A stretch of 64,000 bases of DNA from Laetmonice hystrix (taxonomy: Eukaryota): the NCBI GenBank assembly GCA_965235115.1, contig OZ249447.1, positions 22,258,001-22,322,000 of the forward strand, read 5' to 3'. Made by a program: the position numbers and the translations under genes. Shown here one piece after another: positions 61,241 through 64,000 of this stretch. The notes beneath the pieces are model-generated. The model made no database searches. It was not told the DNA's origin and saw only the letters and a list, made by a program, of their open reading frames with translations. How positions within the stretch are numbered: position 1 is the first letter of the stretch; every line of letters starts with the position of its first letter.

Positions 61241-63753
61241 ACTCCTGCGCTCTGAGGATTTGAGGTTGGACGTCAGGCCTGGTGGTGTCTCATCCACAGG
61301 TTGCACACCCGCCTGAAGAGGTTGCACACCACAGACTCCCTGCGGTGGAGACCTTGAGGATGCACACTAGGCTCCCTAGGATGGCGAACCCTCACATATT
61401 GCGTGTCTCATTGGTTGCCTGACGTCTGACTTCCTGAAGACAATGATGAGATGATGAGATCACACAGATCATGGGGCCGGACAGTGGAGGAGTTGACCAC
61501 CCAACCCGGCCCATTGTCTCACCCTCACTCCACCATTCCTTCATCACATCCTATTTCGTATTACATCATTTTCCAACACAGCTAATCTCCGCAACTATTA
61601 TGTGCCGCTAGTACGAAGACAAGATTTTGTCTAACAGATGTTAGGACATGAGCCTAGTGAGGGAGGTATCTTTCCCATTATAACATCCACAGAGAGCCGA
61701 CTGAAATAACAGTTGAAGTCGTTTTGCTTCCGGAAACCTACGCTTGAGGAGCTATCAACTCGGTGTGCCGTATGATCCATACACATAGTAAGGTCATGCA
61801 CTCGCAACAACTGACAGCTCTGTATAGTTCTTGTATTGAGACACAGTTGGGAAGGAAATAATGGGAAAAGTTATGAAAAAAGGTATAGGGATTGTAAAGT
61901 TACGACTCGTACAGATAGATGTCCATACAGACAGGTGTCTGACTCTACCATTGAAGTAGACCGCAGGTAGACCACTCTACCTATTCTACCGATGCTGTTT
62001 GTCAAACCAAAGATCCTCGAGGCAGACCCTAAGAAATGGCAGCATGCATGATGCGGTTTGCGCGTGACGTCGCTGCTTCAGGTACTGTGGCCCATTTTCC
62101 ACTTTGAGACACGCACGTGATCTCCCCCAGCCCCCCCAGCCCCCCCCCCCCCCACGGAGCATTGTTCATGAGATGAAACCCAACACGACGCGGGTCCTAC
62201 GGTCCCCGCCTCAGCTTACGTGAAGCAGACAAAACGCAGTCGTGTAACAAGAGCGACTGCAACATTTGATCGGTCGCTCCCTGTTGATTGGCTTCACCAT
62301 CTCGTCATTACGGCAAGGGGTTCAAACAAGGCCGTATGTCTATTATAGAAGTCTACGTCATGATACAACCATATGGACCTTTTGAAAGTAGCCTTCACAA
62401 GTAAATTAGGGTGTTGCACAGTTTAAATATGAGATTCTAAGGTTTCTCTTTTTTCTTTTATCAATAGATCATGCCACTTCGCAAGTAGCCATATTAAGGG
62501 GTTTTATGAATAATATTGGCTCCCCATATAGATCTTCCAGCTTACTTGCCAAGAAGTGGTCAGTCGAGCGTCCTTCACCTGCTGCTGTTATCATACCAGA
62601 GATGACCACACACTGACCACTGCCATCCCTCAGGGCACCCGGTCCGAGGTCACAGCCATCAGAGCGTCTCTATGTTGTCCAGTATGGTTCACATATAGCA
62701 ATTCGTCAGTGTTGACCAGCATCTGTCAGGACAAACATTGCAATATTTGACCAAAAACGGCACCTCAGGGCATGGCACTGTTGTATACAGTACCATGGCA
62801 CTGTTGTATACAGTACCATAGCCTCGGTTCACGTAAAATCGTATTTGACCGAAACTTGTCCATATCGGGGTTTGTTTAGGAGAATATACAGTATATGATA
62901 TGATCATAGTATTGTTCTGACGCCCATGTAAGCGTTAACCAGATACAAGTGTCAGTGTTGTCCATATAAGGAACGCCCAGTATGTAGGATTGGTGGATCA
63001 TACCCACGCACACATTAATATGGCACTGATCACTGACGTTTGTCGAGTTGGTCACGTACTATTCTCTCCTGGCAATGCTACAAAGGAAATCAAGAAAAAA
63101 AAGCAGGAGGCAAGCGTTGATATAGTGTATAAAACGGTTGGAGTCGGGCCGGTACGATTGTGTGTGAACGTTGCCAGGTTAGATGTGGCCTCTCACCTAC
63201 AGGTAGATGAGACATCCTTAATGTGATGTCAGGGAAGGTGAGAGAACAATTACGTACTCGTACACATAATGTAATCAGACCATTGTCCGGCCAGGAGTGC
63301 TGCCTCTCCCGACCACCGCTCACAGGTACTGCCCAGGTACTGACTGAGGTAGGTATAGGTGGGTGGGCAGCTGTAGTGGTGCTCTTACTGACAATATCCC
63401 TGACAGCCAGGCAGACCATCACTGAATGCATCATGGTCAGCTGGATCGCCTGGTCAGGGAAGTGATCACTCGCTGTCGGATTTTAGGAACTTGTGGAGGT
63501 ACTCACCGGGAACGTTCAGTCAGTGTGTACATGGAGGGCAACAGAAGATTTACGGTACTTGTCATGTATTTCAGTATTTTGTTGATGTGTAGGTTGGTTT
63601 GATTACAGCTTTTGTGGCTACAGAACAGGTCACACTTGGTAAAGGAGGTCTGTCGGGGATAAAGGACGTTTAATCAACTCATGGATCAGAATCAGGGTAT
63701 TTAGACCCACACTGTTAAGATGGCCATACTAGGGACATTCAGTCTGGTATAAG

Positions 63754-64000
63754 GTTCAGACCCAAGTGTTGAGGAGCTGGATGACTTGTTGTTGAGACTG
63801 ATAGAATGTTCAGACCCAAGTGTTGAGGTGGATGACTGTCTTGTTGCTGAAACTGATAGAATGTTCAGACCCAAGTGTTGAGGAGCTGGATGACTTGTTG
63901 CTGAGACTGATAGAATGTTCAGACCCAAGGCGTGGGATGTCTTGTTGTTGAGACTGATAGAATGTTCAGACCCAAGTGTTGAGGTGGATGACTGTCTTGT
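63754..64000. repeat. Minisatellite, ~54-bp unit, running off the window end
   Basis: Unit ttcagacccaagtgttgaggagctggatgacttgttgttgagactgatagaatg, with variants. Confidence 0.93.

Overview
This window looks like non-coding animal (probably invertebrate) nuclear scaffold DNA. That assignment is an inference from GT-AG splice-like signals, abundant E-box/CRE/nuclear-receptor words, and the lack of long ORFs or operon structure. I recognise no complete gene, rRNA, tRNA, transposase, reverse transcriptase or CRISPR array, and none of the six-frame ORFs is a confident protein. The firmly supported content is about 8.4 kb (~13%) of tandem DNA in 11 unrelated minisatellite arrays (units of 27-105 bp), several microsatellite or low-complexity tracts and a 169-N assembly gap. 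Several arrays show modular indel variants or emerging higher-order periodicity. Weaker leads that need checking are: a strong splice acceptor followed by an in-frame ubiquitin-like motif (IPPDKQRLYF, ~39.6 kb); three plus-strand polyY-CAG|GT sites resembling recursive splice sites; a candidate first coding exon (MAETEEDQVE|gtgagt) behind a G-quadruplex motif; several frame-preserving micro-exon candidates; and compact regulatory-looking modules (inverted E-box pair, perfect DR4, CTCF-like words). I found no convincing evidence of a new biological system. All gene-like calls are low confidence and were made by eye.
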